Of a stretch of DNA of 64,000 nt, positions 8,585-18,048 are shown one piece after another (the first letter of the stretch is position 1; every line of letters starts with the position of its first letter). The translations under genes were made by a program, and so were the position numbers. The notes under the pieces are model-generated. The model was given only the letters and a program-made list of their open reading frames with translations. It made no database searches and was not told the origin of the DNA. Origin of the DNA: an uncultured bacterium (GTDB lineage Bacteria > Verrucomicrobiota > Kiritimatiellia > RFP12 > UBA1067); contig CADCGZ010000008.1 in assembly GCA_902801025.1 (NCBI GenBank), forward strand, positions 10,684-74,683, written 5' to 3'.

Positions 8585-11362
8585 ATGAGGGAAGGACAAT
8601 TAATAGGGGCGATTTTCGCATGCGCTGCCATCGTCTGTGCAGCGGCGCATGCCGCAGAGCCGGTGGATTTCGTCTTTTCGGAAGGCGGCCGCGCGCGAGC
8701 GGCTATCGTAGTCGCGGCGGATGCGCCGCCTGCCGTCAAATACGCTTCTGACGAACTTGCCGACTACCTGAACCGGATGACGGGCGCGCACTTTCCCGTC
8801 GCGGAGAAACCGATCGAAGGATGGAACACCGTGCGCATAGGCGTGTCTGGCGATTTGAGGCGCTTCGAGGAGATATCGCTCGCGGTATCGGCCGACGGCC
8901 GCAAACTTGACATCCTCGCGGAGCGGCCCCGTGCGGCGATTTACGCCGTCTACGATCTCCTCGAGACGATGGGATGCGGATTCTGGACGCCAAACTCCGA
9001 GACGGTGCCGTCGCGTCCAGACCTCGCGCTTCCCGCCGGATACGCGAAGAACGAAGCGCCTGCGATGCGCATACGCGAAGTGTGTCACTACACGTCCGGA
9101 CAGAGGTTCCGCCTGAAGCTGAGGGACAACGGCGCGCGCAGCGTTGCTTCGCATGGAGTCGACGTCGGTCCGGGCGAGCACGAGGACATAATGCATTCCC
9201 TGACCCTCAGGTGGATACCGAGAAAGAAGTTCTTCGAAGAGCATCCCGACTGGTTCGCGCTCGTCGTCCGAACCGACCCCGCGACGGGAGAGAGGAAGGA
9301 GTCGCGCTACCACGGCGCCCTGTGCGCGACGAACCCCGAGATGCGCGAAGAGCTGCTGCGCGAGGTCGGGGCGTTTCTCGAAAAGAACTACCCCAATGAA
9401 CGGTCGGTGTCGCTTTCCCCGAGCGACATGGGCGAATGGTGCCACTGCCCGCGGTGCATGGAGCTCGTCAAGTCTGACGCAAAGCACGTGTCGACCCTGC
9501 TCTACCTCGATCTCGTGCGCTTCGTCGCCGAACATTTCCGCGAGAAGTATCCGGAGGCGACGTTCAACCTGCTGTCGTACTGGACCGCCGCCGAGCCGCC
9601 TGCCGACACCGCAAAGTGGCGCCTGCCCCCCAACTGCGGCGTCGGCTTTGCCGCGCTGTGGCGCAACCACGGCTTCCCGATAGACTGCAACGAGCGCTTC
9701 GCGCCGCGTGTCAGGGCCTGGCGGGAGATGTCCGACAACTTCGTGTTCTGGGACTACTACGCCAACTTCGCCGGGTACCTGAATCCATTCCCAAACCTCG
9801 ACATCCTGGGGCCAGCGCTGCGCTTCTACCGAGACAACAAGTTTGTCGGCGGCTTTGCGCAGATGCCGCACTCGCGCATGGCGCCGCTCGCCGACCTCAA
9901 CTGGTATCTGATGGGCAAGCTCATGTGGAACCCGGACGTTGACGAAGCGAAGCTGACGGAGTCGTTTGTGGCTGGCGTCTACGGAAAGGCGGCGCCCGCA
10001 GTTCGGCGCTACATGGAGATCCTCCGCCACGCCAAGACGCGCGAACGCGGAATCTGGGTCGGATGCTACGTGGGCGACACCTCCAACTTCATGACTCCCG
10101 ACGACGTGATCGGGATGCTCCGCGCCTTCGACGAAGCGGACAAGCTCGCGTCCGAAGAGCCAGAGCCCGTGCGAGAGGCGGTGTGGCGGCTCAGGTACGC
10201 CGGCATACACACGGCGGCGATAAGGTATCCCGACCTCATCGAGCCCGCAAAGCGGCTCAAGTACAAGCTCGCCTCGTGGGAGAGCTACACCAACACATGG
10301 TACCGGTACATTTCCGACTACCGCTGCCGCCGCGCGGTGATCGGGTATCCGCAGCAGTGCCGCGAAGGTGCGGCGTGGAAGAAGTGGGGCGACGACTACT
10401 TTGGCCCGATCATGGCCAATGGTTCCGTTCCCACGGCATGGCCGGCTCGCCCCGGCGAATCGGTGGTCGTTTCCGGTGCGGAGCTGACAGGCGGCACGGC
10501 CATGTCGCTTGCCAGCGACGAGGCCGAAGGCGAATACGCCAAGCTGACGTTCGGCTTCGGCGGCGGCGAGCGCATCTTCATGAACCCGAAGTATGCCGAA
10601 GTCGGGCACACCGTCTCCAACGGTCTCGCCGGCGTATGGACGGTCCTCGCCCGGATGCGCGTCGGGGCGACAGTCACGAACGACCCCGCCGCAGCCTACA
10701 TGGGGATATACTCCCCGTGGATAGTAAACGGCGCCCGCATCGGGCGCAAGATGAGCGAAATCGCGTCGATGACGATTCCGTCCTCCCCGGGCGAGGACGG
10801 GTGGCGCTGGGTCGCGCTCGGCACGAAGAAGCTTTACGACGGCGCGCGCGTGTGGGTCATGCCGGGCGCGGAGCATCCATCGCGATTCCTCGACGTCAAG
10901 AGCATTGCATTCGTCGACCCGGCTGCGTTTGTGCGCGAATCCATCGGGGTGCGGGGCGGCGAGGGAAGGCGCGACGGCATCGACGGATATACCTACCGCG
11001 AGCTTGCGCCCGTAGGCGACGCCTCCGCCGCGCTGTCGGCCGTAGTAGGCGCGAAGAACGCAGGAGACCGCGAGTTGTTCGCGCGCGTGAGGGTCGTGAA
11101 CGGAAGGGTTCTCGACGCGGCCGCAGGACGGCTGGAGCTGTGGCGTCCGCCCGAGAAGAAAGGCGGCGAGCGCACTCTCCTTGCGTCTGTGAAGGTGTTC
11201 GGTTCGCGCGGAGAGGACGCATGGCAGACGGTTTACGTCGGACGCTTCGGGCTCAAGGCCGGCGACGAGATCCGCTTTAGGTCGGGAGAGTCGGGGAACG
11301 CCGTTTCGCTCGCGTTCCGCGATGTGCTGCTTGTGGCACCAGCGCTTCTTGGGGAGGAGTGA
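8585..11362 (+). CDS. DUF4838 domain protein, paralogue 2, with ~330-aa C-terminal extension
   Basis: ATG 8585 is preferred (GGAGG 7 nt upstream); ATG 8570 is possible. Signal peptide. VKYASDELADYLNRMTGAHFPV, CHCPRC and LLSYWTAAEPP blocks parallel paralogues 1 and 3. Confidence 0.7.
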   Translation: MREGQLIGAIFACAAIVCAAAHAAEPVDFVFSEGGRARAAIVVAADAPPAVKYASDELADYLNRMTGAHFPVAEKPIEGWNTVRIGVSGDLRRFEEISLAVSADGRKLDILAERPRAAIYAVYDLLETMGCGFWTPNSETVPSRPDLALPAGYAKNEAPAMRIREVCHYTSGQRFRLKLRDNGARSVASHGVDVGPGEHEDIMHSLTLRWIPRKKFFEEHPDWFALVVRTDPATGERKESRYHGALCATNPEMREELLREVGAFLEKNYPNERSVSLSPSDMGEWCHCPRCMELVKSDAKHVSTLLYLDLVRFVAEHFREKYPEATFNLLSYWTAAEPPADTAKWRLPPNCGVGFAALWRNHGFPIDCNERFAPRVRAWREMSDNFVFWDYYANFAGYLNPFPNLDILGPALRFYRDNKFVGGFAQMPHSRMAPLADLNWYLMGKLMWNPDVDEAKLTESFVAGVYGKAAPAVRRYMEILRHAKTRERGIWVGCYVGDTSNFMTPDDVIGMLRAFDEADKLASEEPEPVREAVWRLRYAGIHTAAIRYPDLIEPAKRLKYKLASWESYTNTWYRYISDYRCRRAVIGYPQQCREGAAWKKWGDDYFGPIMANGSVPTAWPARPGESVVVSGAELTGGTAMSLASDEAEGEYAKLTFGFGGGERIFMNPKYAEVGHTVSNGLAGVWTVLARMRVGATVTNDPAAAYMGIYSPWIVNGARIGRKMSEIASMTIPSSPGEDGWRWVALGTKKLYDGARVWVMPGAEHPSRFLDVKSIAFVDPAAFVRESIGVRGGEGRRDGIDGYTYRELAPVGDASAALSAVVGAKNAGDRELFARVRVVNGRVLDAAAGRLELWRPPEKKGGERTLLASVKVFGSRGEDAWQTVYVGRFGLKAGDEIRFRSGESGNAVSLAFRDVLLVAPALLGEE

Positions 11363-11366
11363 TCCG

Positions 11367-14300
11367 GTGAGATTCTCCAATGTGTCAGTTTTTGCAGTGG
11401 CAGTCGTGCTGGCGTTCTGCGTCGGCGCGGCGACGATGCGCGAGCGGCTTGCAGACGGCTGGCTTTTCATGCGGGCCGATTCCTCGGTGTGCGAGACGAA
11501 CTCCGCGGCATGGCACCCCGTGCGCGTTCCGCACGACTGGGGCGTGGAAGGGACGTTCGATCCAGTGCGGCCATACGGCGACGCCTATCTCGACCCTACA
11601 GGCGTCGGCTGGTATCGCTTTGGGTTCACGCCGCGTGCCGAGGAGTCGAAGCGCCTCAAGAAGGGCGGGAAGGTCTTCTTCGAGTCAAACGGCGCGATGT
11701 CGAACGCGAAAGTGTGGATAAACGGGCACCATGTCGGAGGATGGGCATACGGCTATACGCCGTTTCGATGCGAACTTACGCCGCATGTCGTCGCCGACGG
11801 CGAGAACGAGATAGTGGTCAGGTGCGAGAACGAGCAGGACTCCTCCCGCTGGTACACGGGCGGCGGGCTCTACCGTGAATGTCGGCTTGCGTGGTGCGAC
11901 GCCGACTACCTGGTGCCGGGGTCTGTCGCGATATCGACGCGCGACGTCGGAGAGCGCGAAGCGACGGTGGAGGTCGCCTACGAGATGTCGCTCTCAGGCC
12001 GGAAGACACGGTCGTTCAAGATTGCTGATCCGGTTCTATGGGACGTCGACAATCCGCATCTCTATTCCGTCGAAATCGAGGGCGAGACGTTCCGCTACGG
12101 CATTCGCACTGTTTCGTTCCATCCAGACGGGCGCGGCTTCCAGCTTAACGGGCGGCGCGTCGCGCTCAACGGCGTCTGCCTGCACCACGACCTCGGCGTA
12201 CTTGGCGCGGCATACAACCACAAGGCGATGAAACGCCGCCTCGCAAAGCTCAAGGAGGCGGGCGTGAATGCAATCCGCTGCGCACACAACGAGGAAGACC
12301 CCGATTTCCTCGACCTCTGCGACGAGCTCGGGCTTCTCGTGAAAGACGAGATATTCGACTGCTGGCGGCATGTCGGCGTCGCCGGCAAGCGGCAGAACGG
12401 CTACAACAAGCTCTTCGAGGAATGGCACGAGCGCGACGTCCGCGCATGGGTTCGGGCAGACCGCAACCATCCGTCTGTCATCATGTGGTCGCTTGGCAAC
12501 GAGATATGCGACGGGTTCGCCGACATCGCCCCGGTGTCCGAGTTCATCGCCACTGGCCGCGAACTTGCGAAGATAGCGCGCGAGGAGGACCCGACGCGAC
12601 CCACGACGAACGCCAACAACAATCCGGCCAACGCAACGAACGAGTTTGCGCAGGCGCGTGTGTTTGACATATACGGCTTCAACTACCACGGCTGGATGTT
12701 CGGGGAGTTCGCAAAGAAGTTCCCGGACGTTCCTTTCTTCTCGTCAGAGTCGCAGTGCATGAGCGCCACCCGTGGAGAATACACGTTCCCGGTCAAGTGG
12801 GGCTGGACGCAGGTCGACTCTCTTTCGCCATACGTATCTGGATACGGCGTCGAGGCCTGCGAATGGAGCGGCGATCCCGGCGAGGGCTGGGCTATGCCTC
12901 CGGACGCGCACTGGCATTGGATGGACGCCAACCCTGCGTGCATGGGCGAGTTCGTCTGGACGGGATGGGACTATCTCGGCGGGCCGTTCTGGGTCGAGGA
13001 AATGGCGAAGCGCAAGCCTGGCTTCACGGGCATCCATTCCTGCAACACCGGTTTCTTCGACCTCGCGGGATTCCGCAAGGACACGTTCTACCTCTACCAG
13101 TCCCGCTGGCGTCCGGAACTGAAGATGGCGCATCTGCTTCCGCACTGGAACTGGCCCGAACGCGTAGGGAAGGTAACGCCCGTGCATGTCTTCACTTCGG
13201 GCGACGAGGGCGAGCTTTTCTTGAACGGACGTTCGCTTGGACGCCGCAAAAAGGACGCATCGGACTTCCGCCGCGCATATCGCCTTTCGTGGGACGACGT
13301 CGTCTACGAGCCAGGCGAGCTGAAGGTCGTCGTCCGGCGCGGCGGCAAGAAGTGGGCCGAGGCGCGCGTCGCGACAACGGGCGAGCCGACACGTCTGCGC
13401 CTCGAATGCGAGGGCGACTCTATATTGAGCGACGGCGACGACCTGATGTTCGTCAACCTGTCGGTTCTGGACGAAAAAGGACGGCTTGTTCCGCGAGCAA
13501 GGAACGAGGTCACGTTCTCGGTGGAGGGTCCGGCAGACATCGTCGCGACCGACAATGGCGACGAGACGGATTTCGACTCCTTCAAGTCGCCGCGTCGCAA
13601 GGCGTTCAACGGGCGCCTACAGGCCGTTTTGCGCGCCCATGCAGGCGCAAGCGGAATCGTCACGATTCGCGCCGAGTCGCCTTCGCTTGATGGTGCATAC
13701 GCAATGTTCATGGTCGGCAGCGACCTTCGCCCGAAGGCGAGAATAGGCCTTTCTACGCCGACCGGGAGAAAGGCCGAGACGCTAAATTGGCGCTCTGCGC
13801 GTGGCGGCGAGACGCACAACATGATCGTGGTGCATCCTGGGAAGCCCTCTGCCAATTCGGCTCCGCTCTTCGTGGCTCTGCACGGGCACGGCGCGAGCAT
13901 CGTCGGCAACTACAGGTGGGAGTCGATGCCAATTGATCCTGACGGGAAATGCGACATCTGCTGGATACCGGAAGATTTCTACGGGCTCATACTCGAAGTC
14001 CGCGACATTGAGGACTGGTGGGGCATACCGAAACCGTGCGTCGTGCCGAAGGAGAAGAACGGCGAACGCGCGGCTGTTCCAGTGGAGATTTCCGAGACGG
14101 AGCGGCGCGTCCTCGAGCAAGTTGAGTGGGCTGCGTCGAATCTCGACGTAGACCGCAATCGGATATATCTCGGCGGGGCGTCGATGGGCGGCAGCGGCAC
14201 CATGGGCATAGGACTCCCCAACGGCGACGTATTCGCCGCGATAAAGGCGAACGTCTCGGCAAGTCCCTACCATGTCCTGGCGCGGCTTGGGCTTGGCGGC

Positions 14301-15296
14301 GAGCTCAAGCGAGTCCCCGATCCGCCGGTGCTCGTCGAATATTCTGCGCAGGACGACAGATGGTCGCGTGACAAGAACCTCCTTTACGAAGGAATGGACG
14401 CGGCGAGATACGCGATCTTCGCCTACTGGGGGCCGTTCGGACACAGCGGGCGCAATTCGAAGGTCCTCCCGAAAAACGACCTCGTCGGGTCGTTCAACGT
14501 GTTCGACGTCAGGCTCGACGAGCCGTATGTCGCGTTTTCGTCGGCGTCGTGCAACGATCCGATGCCGTGGCCGGACGGCTTCATGGACAAGAAGCATCCG
14601 CTTGGTCTTGCGTCCGGGCAGCGCAACGCGTATTTCCGCTGGGGGAACGTCGTAGACGAAGCCGATGCCTTTGAAGTAGACTTGCGCCTGCTTAGCGCTT
14701 CCGAATGGAAAAGCCGGCGTTTCGAGTTCCCGGAAACTGCCTTTGCAGACGTGACGCCAAGACGCGTGGCGCATTTCGACATCGGCGCGGGCGAGCGCAT
14801 TGCATGGGAGTACGACGGCAAGCGCGGCGAATCCGCCGCAGACGAGACGGGGCATGTCACGATACCACGGCTTGAAATCACCGTGGCTCCGCGCCGCCTG
14901 AAGCTCTTCCGCCTCCTGCCTCGGACGGGCCGGCTCGTGCAGAAGCCAGTCCGCGAGAGTCGCCAGCCGGGAGTCGCCGAGAAGGGGCTTGTGCTTGGCG
15001 ATTTCGCCGGCGAATTCATTTCGATAGAGGGAGTGCGCAAGCCGGGCGAAGTCGACGAAATCGCGGTCTTGCGCGAGCCGTTCAAGAAGGGCGGCCAGGG
15101 CGACAAGGCGAAGGCGCCGCTTGCGGTGGTCCACTGCCGAGACGCATACAAGGCGGCGTTCCACGGCGGCGAGGCCGAAGCGCCGGAAGGTTCCTGGGCG
15201 CTTTTCGTCGGGGGCGGAGAGCGCGAAAAAGACAGCGAGTGGGTAAGGTGCGCGACCGACTTCGCGAACGACTGGATTTCAAGACAAGCACAATGA
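11367..15296 (+). CDS. glycoside hydrolase family 2 enzyme fused to a C-terminal alpha/beta-hydrolase (esterase-like) domain
   Basis: GTG 11367 is preferred (GGGGAGGAG upstream); the tracked ATG 11322 overlaps the upstream gene. GH2 blocks WHPVRVPHDWG, NGHHVGGWAYGYTPF, NAIRCAHNEEDP, HPSVIMWSLGNE. Later blocks LFVALHGHGAS and GGASMGGSGTMGIG. The last ~125 aa are doubtful (see findings). Confidence 0.8.
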   Translation: MRFSNVSVFAVAVVLAFCVGAATMRERLADGWLFMRADSSVCETNSAAWHPVRVPHDWGVEGTFDPVRPYGDAYLDPTGVGWYRFGFTPRAEESKRLKKGGKVFFESNGAMSNAKVWINGHHVGGWAYGYTPFRCELTPHVVADGENEIVVRCENEQDSSRWYTGGGLYRECRLAWCDADYLVPGSVAISTRDVGEREATVEVAYEMSLSGRKTRSFKIADPVLWDVDNPHLYSVEIEGETFRYGIRTVSFHPDGRGFQLNGRRVALNGVCLHHDLGVLGAAYNHKAMKRRLAKLKEAGVNAIRCAHNEEDPDFLDLCDELGLLVKDEIFDCWRHVGVAGKRQNGYNKLFEEWHERDVRAWVRADRNHPSVIMWSLGNEICDGFADIAPVSEFIATGRELAKIAREEDPTRPTTNANNNPANATNEFAQARVFDIYGFNYHGWMFGEFAKKFPDVPFFSSESQCMSATRGEYTFPVKWGWTQVDSLSPYVSGYGVEACEWSGDPGEGWAMPPDAHWHWMDANPACMGEFVWTGWDYLGGPFWVEEMAKRKPGFTGIHSCNTGFFDLAGFRKDTFYLYQSRWRPELKMAHLLPHWNWPERVGKVTPVHVFTSGDEGELFLNGRSLGRRKKDASDFRRAYRLSWDDVVYEPGELKVVVRRGGKKWAEARVATTGEPTRLRLECEGDSILSDGDDLMFVNLSVLDEKGRLVPRARNEVTFSVEGPADIVATDNGDETDFDSFKSPRRKAFNGRLQAVLRAHAGASGIVTIRAESPSLDGAYAMFMVGSDLRPKARIGLSTPTGRKAETLNWRSARGGETHNMIVVHPGKPSANSAPLFVALHGHGASIVGNYRWESMPIDPDGKCDICWIPEDFYGLILEVRDIEDWWGIPKPCVVPKEKNGERAAVPVEISETERRVLEQVEWAASNLDVDRNRIYLGGASMGGSGTMGIGLPNGDVFAAIKANVSASPYHVLARLGLGGELKRVPDPPVLVEYSAQDDRWSRDKNLLYEGMDAARYAIFAYWGPFGHSGRNSKVLPKNDLVGSFNVFDVRLDEPYVAFSSASCNDPMPWPDGFMDKKHPLGLASGQRNAYFRWGNVVDEADAFEVDLRLLSASEWKSRRFEFPETAFADVTPRRVAHFDIGAGERIAWEYDGKRGESAADETGHVTIPRLEITVAPRRLKLFRLLPRTGRLVQKPVRESRQPGVAEKGLVLGDFAGEFISIEGVRKPGEVDEIAVLREPFKKGGQGDKAKAPLAVVHCRDAYKAAFHGGEAEAPEGSWALFVGGGEREKDSEWVRCATDFANDWISRQAQ

Positions 15297-16255
15297 AAGG
15301 CACTAAAATGAAAACTGCATGCATCAGGAGAGGAATCGTTTCCGCGGGCGTTGCCGCCATGGTGGCCTTCTGCCTTCAAGCGGAGGAGCAGATACCGCTT
15401 TGGCCGGAGGGCGCGATGCCGGTCGCCACGACCAAAGGCGCGGAAGTAGGCGCCGAGCAGGTGTCCGAAAAGGGCATAGTCAAGAACGTGACCGTGCCGG
15501 CGATCGAGATGTTCCTCCCGACAAACAGCTCTCCACGGGGGACGATGGGCGTGGTGATCTGCCCCGGCGGGGCGTATGGATGCCTTGACTTCGAGCACGA
15601 GGGCAGGCGCACGGCGCGATTCCTCAACAGCATCGGAGTCGCTGCGTTCGTGCTCAAGTACCGCGTCAGGCCCTATCCCAAGGGCGCGGCGCTCGCCGAC
15701 TTGCAGCGCGCGCTGTCGGTAGTTCGCTCGAACGCGAAGAAGTGGAATCTGTCCAAGAGCCATCTCGGTGTAATGGGCTATTCGGCTGGTGGGCATCTCG
15801 CCGTGCGCGGCGTTGCAGTCAATGGGAAGCGGGTCTATGCGCCGATTGACGCGGTGGACGAAGAACGCGCATCCCCAGATTTCGCCGTGCTCGTATATCC
15901 CGCCTATCTTTCGAACGAAGGGAAGGTGCCGCCGGACATCGAGCCTGCGTTGACAAACTCCACGCCGATGTTCCTGCTTGCGGGGCTCGCCGACCTCTAT
16001 CGAGGTAGCGGAGTGGGGTATTTCGCCGCACACGTGGCCAAGAACCGCTGGCCGAAGATCGAGGCGCATTTCTACCCCGAGGGATGCCACGGCTTCGGCG
16101 TCACCACAAAGCCCCACAACGACGTATACAAGTGGGAGCGGCTGCTCGCGACTTGGCTGCGGCGGCGGGGCCTGGGGATAAAGGCAAAGGTAGACACGTC
16201 GCTCGACGCGCCAGACTACACGCCGATCGAGCCAGAGGAAGGAGATGTTGAATGA
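15293..16255 (+). CDS. secreted alpha/beta-hydrolase (esterase/lipase-type)
   Basis: ATGA overlaps at both ends (ATG 15308 is an alternative start). Signal peptide. VVICPGGAYG and the GYSAGGHLA nucleophile elbow (GxSxG). C-terminal EGCHGF. Confidence 0.8.
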   Translation: MKGTKMKTACIRRGIVSAGVAAMVAFCLQAEEQIPLWPEGAMPVATTKGAEVGAEQVSEKGIVKNVTVPAIEMFLPTNSSPRGTMGVVICPGGAYGCLDFEHEGRRTARFLNSIGVAAFVLKYRVRPYPKGAALADLQRALSVVRSNAKKWNLSKSHLGVMGYSAGGHLAVRGVAVNGKRVYAPIDAVDEERASPDFAVLVYPAYLSNEGKVPPDIEPALTNSTPMFLLAGLADLYRGSGVGYFAAHVAKNRWPKIEAHFYPEGCHGFGVTTKPHNDVYKWERLLATWLRRRGLGIKAKVDTSLDAPDYTPIEPEEGDVE

Positions 16256-18048
16256 AGTTCGGTTTTCTGTTCGCGGCGCTCGCCGCCCTTGCATGCCGCG
16301 CGGAGTTCGTCGTAGTCGACGAAGGCCGCGCCAACGCGGTAGTGATGCTTGGAGACGACGCCCAGGTGACGAAATTCGCGGCAAAGGAGCTTTGCAAATA
16401 CGTGAAGGCGATGTCAGGCGCCGAGCTTGCGGTCGTCAAGGAGGGCGAATGCGGAGAGACCAACGTCATCCGCATACTCGCCGCCAGGCAGGGCCTGCGA
16501 CGCGACGAGATAACGCTCCGGCTCGACGCGGGCGGCCGTGTGCTGGAGCTCTCGGGCGACGGGCCGCGCGGCGGGCTGAATGCTGTCTACGAACTGATGG
16601 AACGCTGGGGCGTAAGGTATTTCACGCCGGAGAGGGAGAAGGTCCCCCAGACGGCAACCCTCGCGCTGCCCGACGGCTTCTCGTATTCCTACGCGCCGCC
16701 GTTCGAGTGCCGCAAGCCCGGGTCGATTCCCCTTGACCGGAACATAGGTCCGGCCTGGGCGGTTAAGCTCAGGGTCAGCCGCGAATACCAGCGCAAGGAG
16801 TTCGGCGGCAAGCGAGACAGGGACATCGGCGGCGGGCATACCCTCGGCAACAAGTATTTCGTCGACGCGAACAAGCATTTTGCCGATCATCCTGAATGGT
16901 ATGCGCTGCGCGGCGGAAAGCGCACGAAGGACGGGCAGCTCTGCCACTCGAACCCGGAGATGCGCGCGCAGCTTCTCGACGAGATACGCAAAAAGGCCGC
17001 GGCGCGAAAGGAACTTCTGCCGAACGAGGTGTCTTACGTCTCGCTTTCGTATCTCGACAACAACAGGTTCTGCGCCTGCGAGGAATGCAAGAAGCTCCGC
17101 AGCCGCTGGGGGGGCGCGCCCATAGGCCCCGCTCTCGACATAGCGAACTTCGTCGCGCGCGAACTCGAGGACGAGTTCCCCGGGCTTCGGATAAAGACGC
17201 TTGCCTACTGGGACTGGGTTGAACCGCCGTCCAAGACCCCGGAACCCCTCCACACGAACGTCTACGTCACCATCTGCCAGAACGGCAACAAGGCGATACC
17301 CCTCTCCCGCCAGGAGAAGCTCATGCAGCGGCTGAAGGGATGGAACGCGCTCGCTCCGGGACGGCTTTTGATATGGGACTGGGATGCGTGCTTCCGCAAC
17401 TACATCACGCCCTACCCCACTTACCATCTCTACGCGGAGGACTTCCGCACCTACCGCGACCTCGGCGTCAGGCAGGTGCTTTCGCAGCTGCCGCACGGCG
17501 CCGTCTTCGCGGACTTCGTGGACATGCGCACCTACATGTACGCGAAGCTCGCGTGGAATCCCGACCTCGACGGAGAGGCGATTGCAAAGGAGTGGATAGA
17601 ATACTGCTGCGGCAATGGCGCGGACGCAGTGTGGGAATACTACCTGCTTGTGGCGCGCGCCCTTTGGGGCGAGGACTACGCGATGCACAAGACGCGCTCC
17701 AACCTCCATGGCTACAACCCGGGGCGCGGGTGGCTTTCCGGCGCCGCCCTCGCCTCTGCCTACAAGCTCTTCGAGAAGGCGCTTTCCGCCACGGAAGACG
17801 ACCTGGCTTCGCATGCGACGGTGCGCTGCCTTAGCGCCGGCATGCTTGAGCTCGTCATCGAGCGCTACGACGAGGTCAAGGCCGCGTTGCGCAGGCGCGG
17901 CGACTCCTTCGAGCTGCCGAAGCGCCTGGAGCTCGTGGACCGTTTCGAGGCCATAGGAAAGGACTTCTACAACTGGTGCTACCGCGAGGGGCCGCAGCCG
18001 CGGAATTTCGCTTCGCTCGTCAAAATGCTTAAGGAGGGAACGCTATGA
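16252..18048 (+). CDS. DUF4838 domain protein, paralogue 3
   Basis: Signal peptide. AEFVVVDEGRANAVV..VTKFAAKELCKYVKAMSGAELAVV closely parallels paralogue 1. CACEECKKL and LRIKTLAYWDW blocks are present. Confidence 0.7.
   Translation: MKFGFLFAALAALACRAEFVVVDEGRANAVVMLGDDAQVTKFAAKELCKYVKAMSGAELAVVKEGECGETNVIRILAARQGLRRDEITLRLDAGGRVLELSGDGPRGGLNAVYELMERWGVRYFTPEREKVPQTATLALPDGFSYSYAPPFECRKPGSIPLDRNIGPAWAVKLRVSREYQRKEFGGKRDRDIGGGHTLGNKYFVDANKHFADHPEWYALRGGKRTKDGQLCHSNPEMRAQLLDEIRKKAAARKELLPNEVSYVSLSYLDNNRFCACEECKKLRSRWGGAPIGPALDIANFVARELEDEFPGLRIKTLAYWDWVEPPSKTPEPLHTNVYVTICQNGNKAIPLSRQEKLMQRLKGWNALAPGRLLIWDWDACFRNYITPYPTYHLYAEDFRTYRDLGVRQVLSQLPHGAVFADFVDMRTYMYAKLAWNPDLDGEAIAKEWIEYCCGNGADAVWEYYLLVARALWGEDYAMHKTRSNLHGYNPGRGWLSGAALASAYKLFEKALSATEDDLASHATVRCLSAGMLELVIERYDEVKAALRRRGDSFELPKRLELVDRFEAIGKDFYNWCYREGPQPRNFASLVKMLKEGTL

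Noticed and set aside
8600-11470. Very long minus-strand ORFs, for example 8600-11470 (956 aa), 14423-16384, 13782-15164, 20375-21733, 19218-20918, 23202-24827, 32711-34192, 46861-47895, 48278-49549 and 62877-63995.
   Set aside because: They lie antisense to plus-strand genes with clear family signatures. They are Arg/Ala/Pro/Gly-rich with no motifs I recognise. Such shadow ORFs are expected in GC-rich DNA where stop codons are rare.
14930-15278. Antisense peptide resembling a tyrosine-recombinase C-terminus (HSLY..LLGD..W) or an AraC HTH (FARLAHSLYRNEFAGEI..RLATLADWLL).
   Set aside because: The two readings are mutually exclusive, the spacings do not fit either family well, and catalytic residues (R..HxxR..Y) are not in place. 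The antisense ORF also continues for 300 more codons through the well-supported esterase domain. This is probably pattern-matching on a shadow frame, so it is reported only as an ambiguity needing computation.
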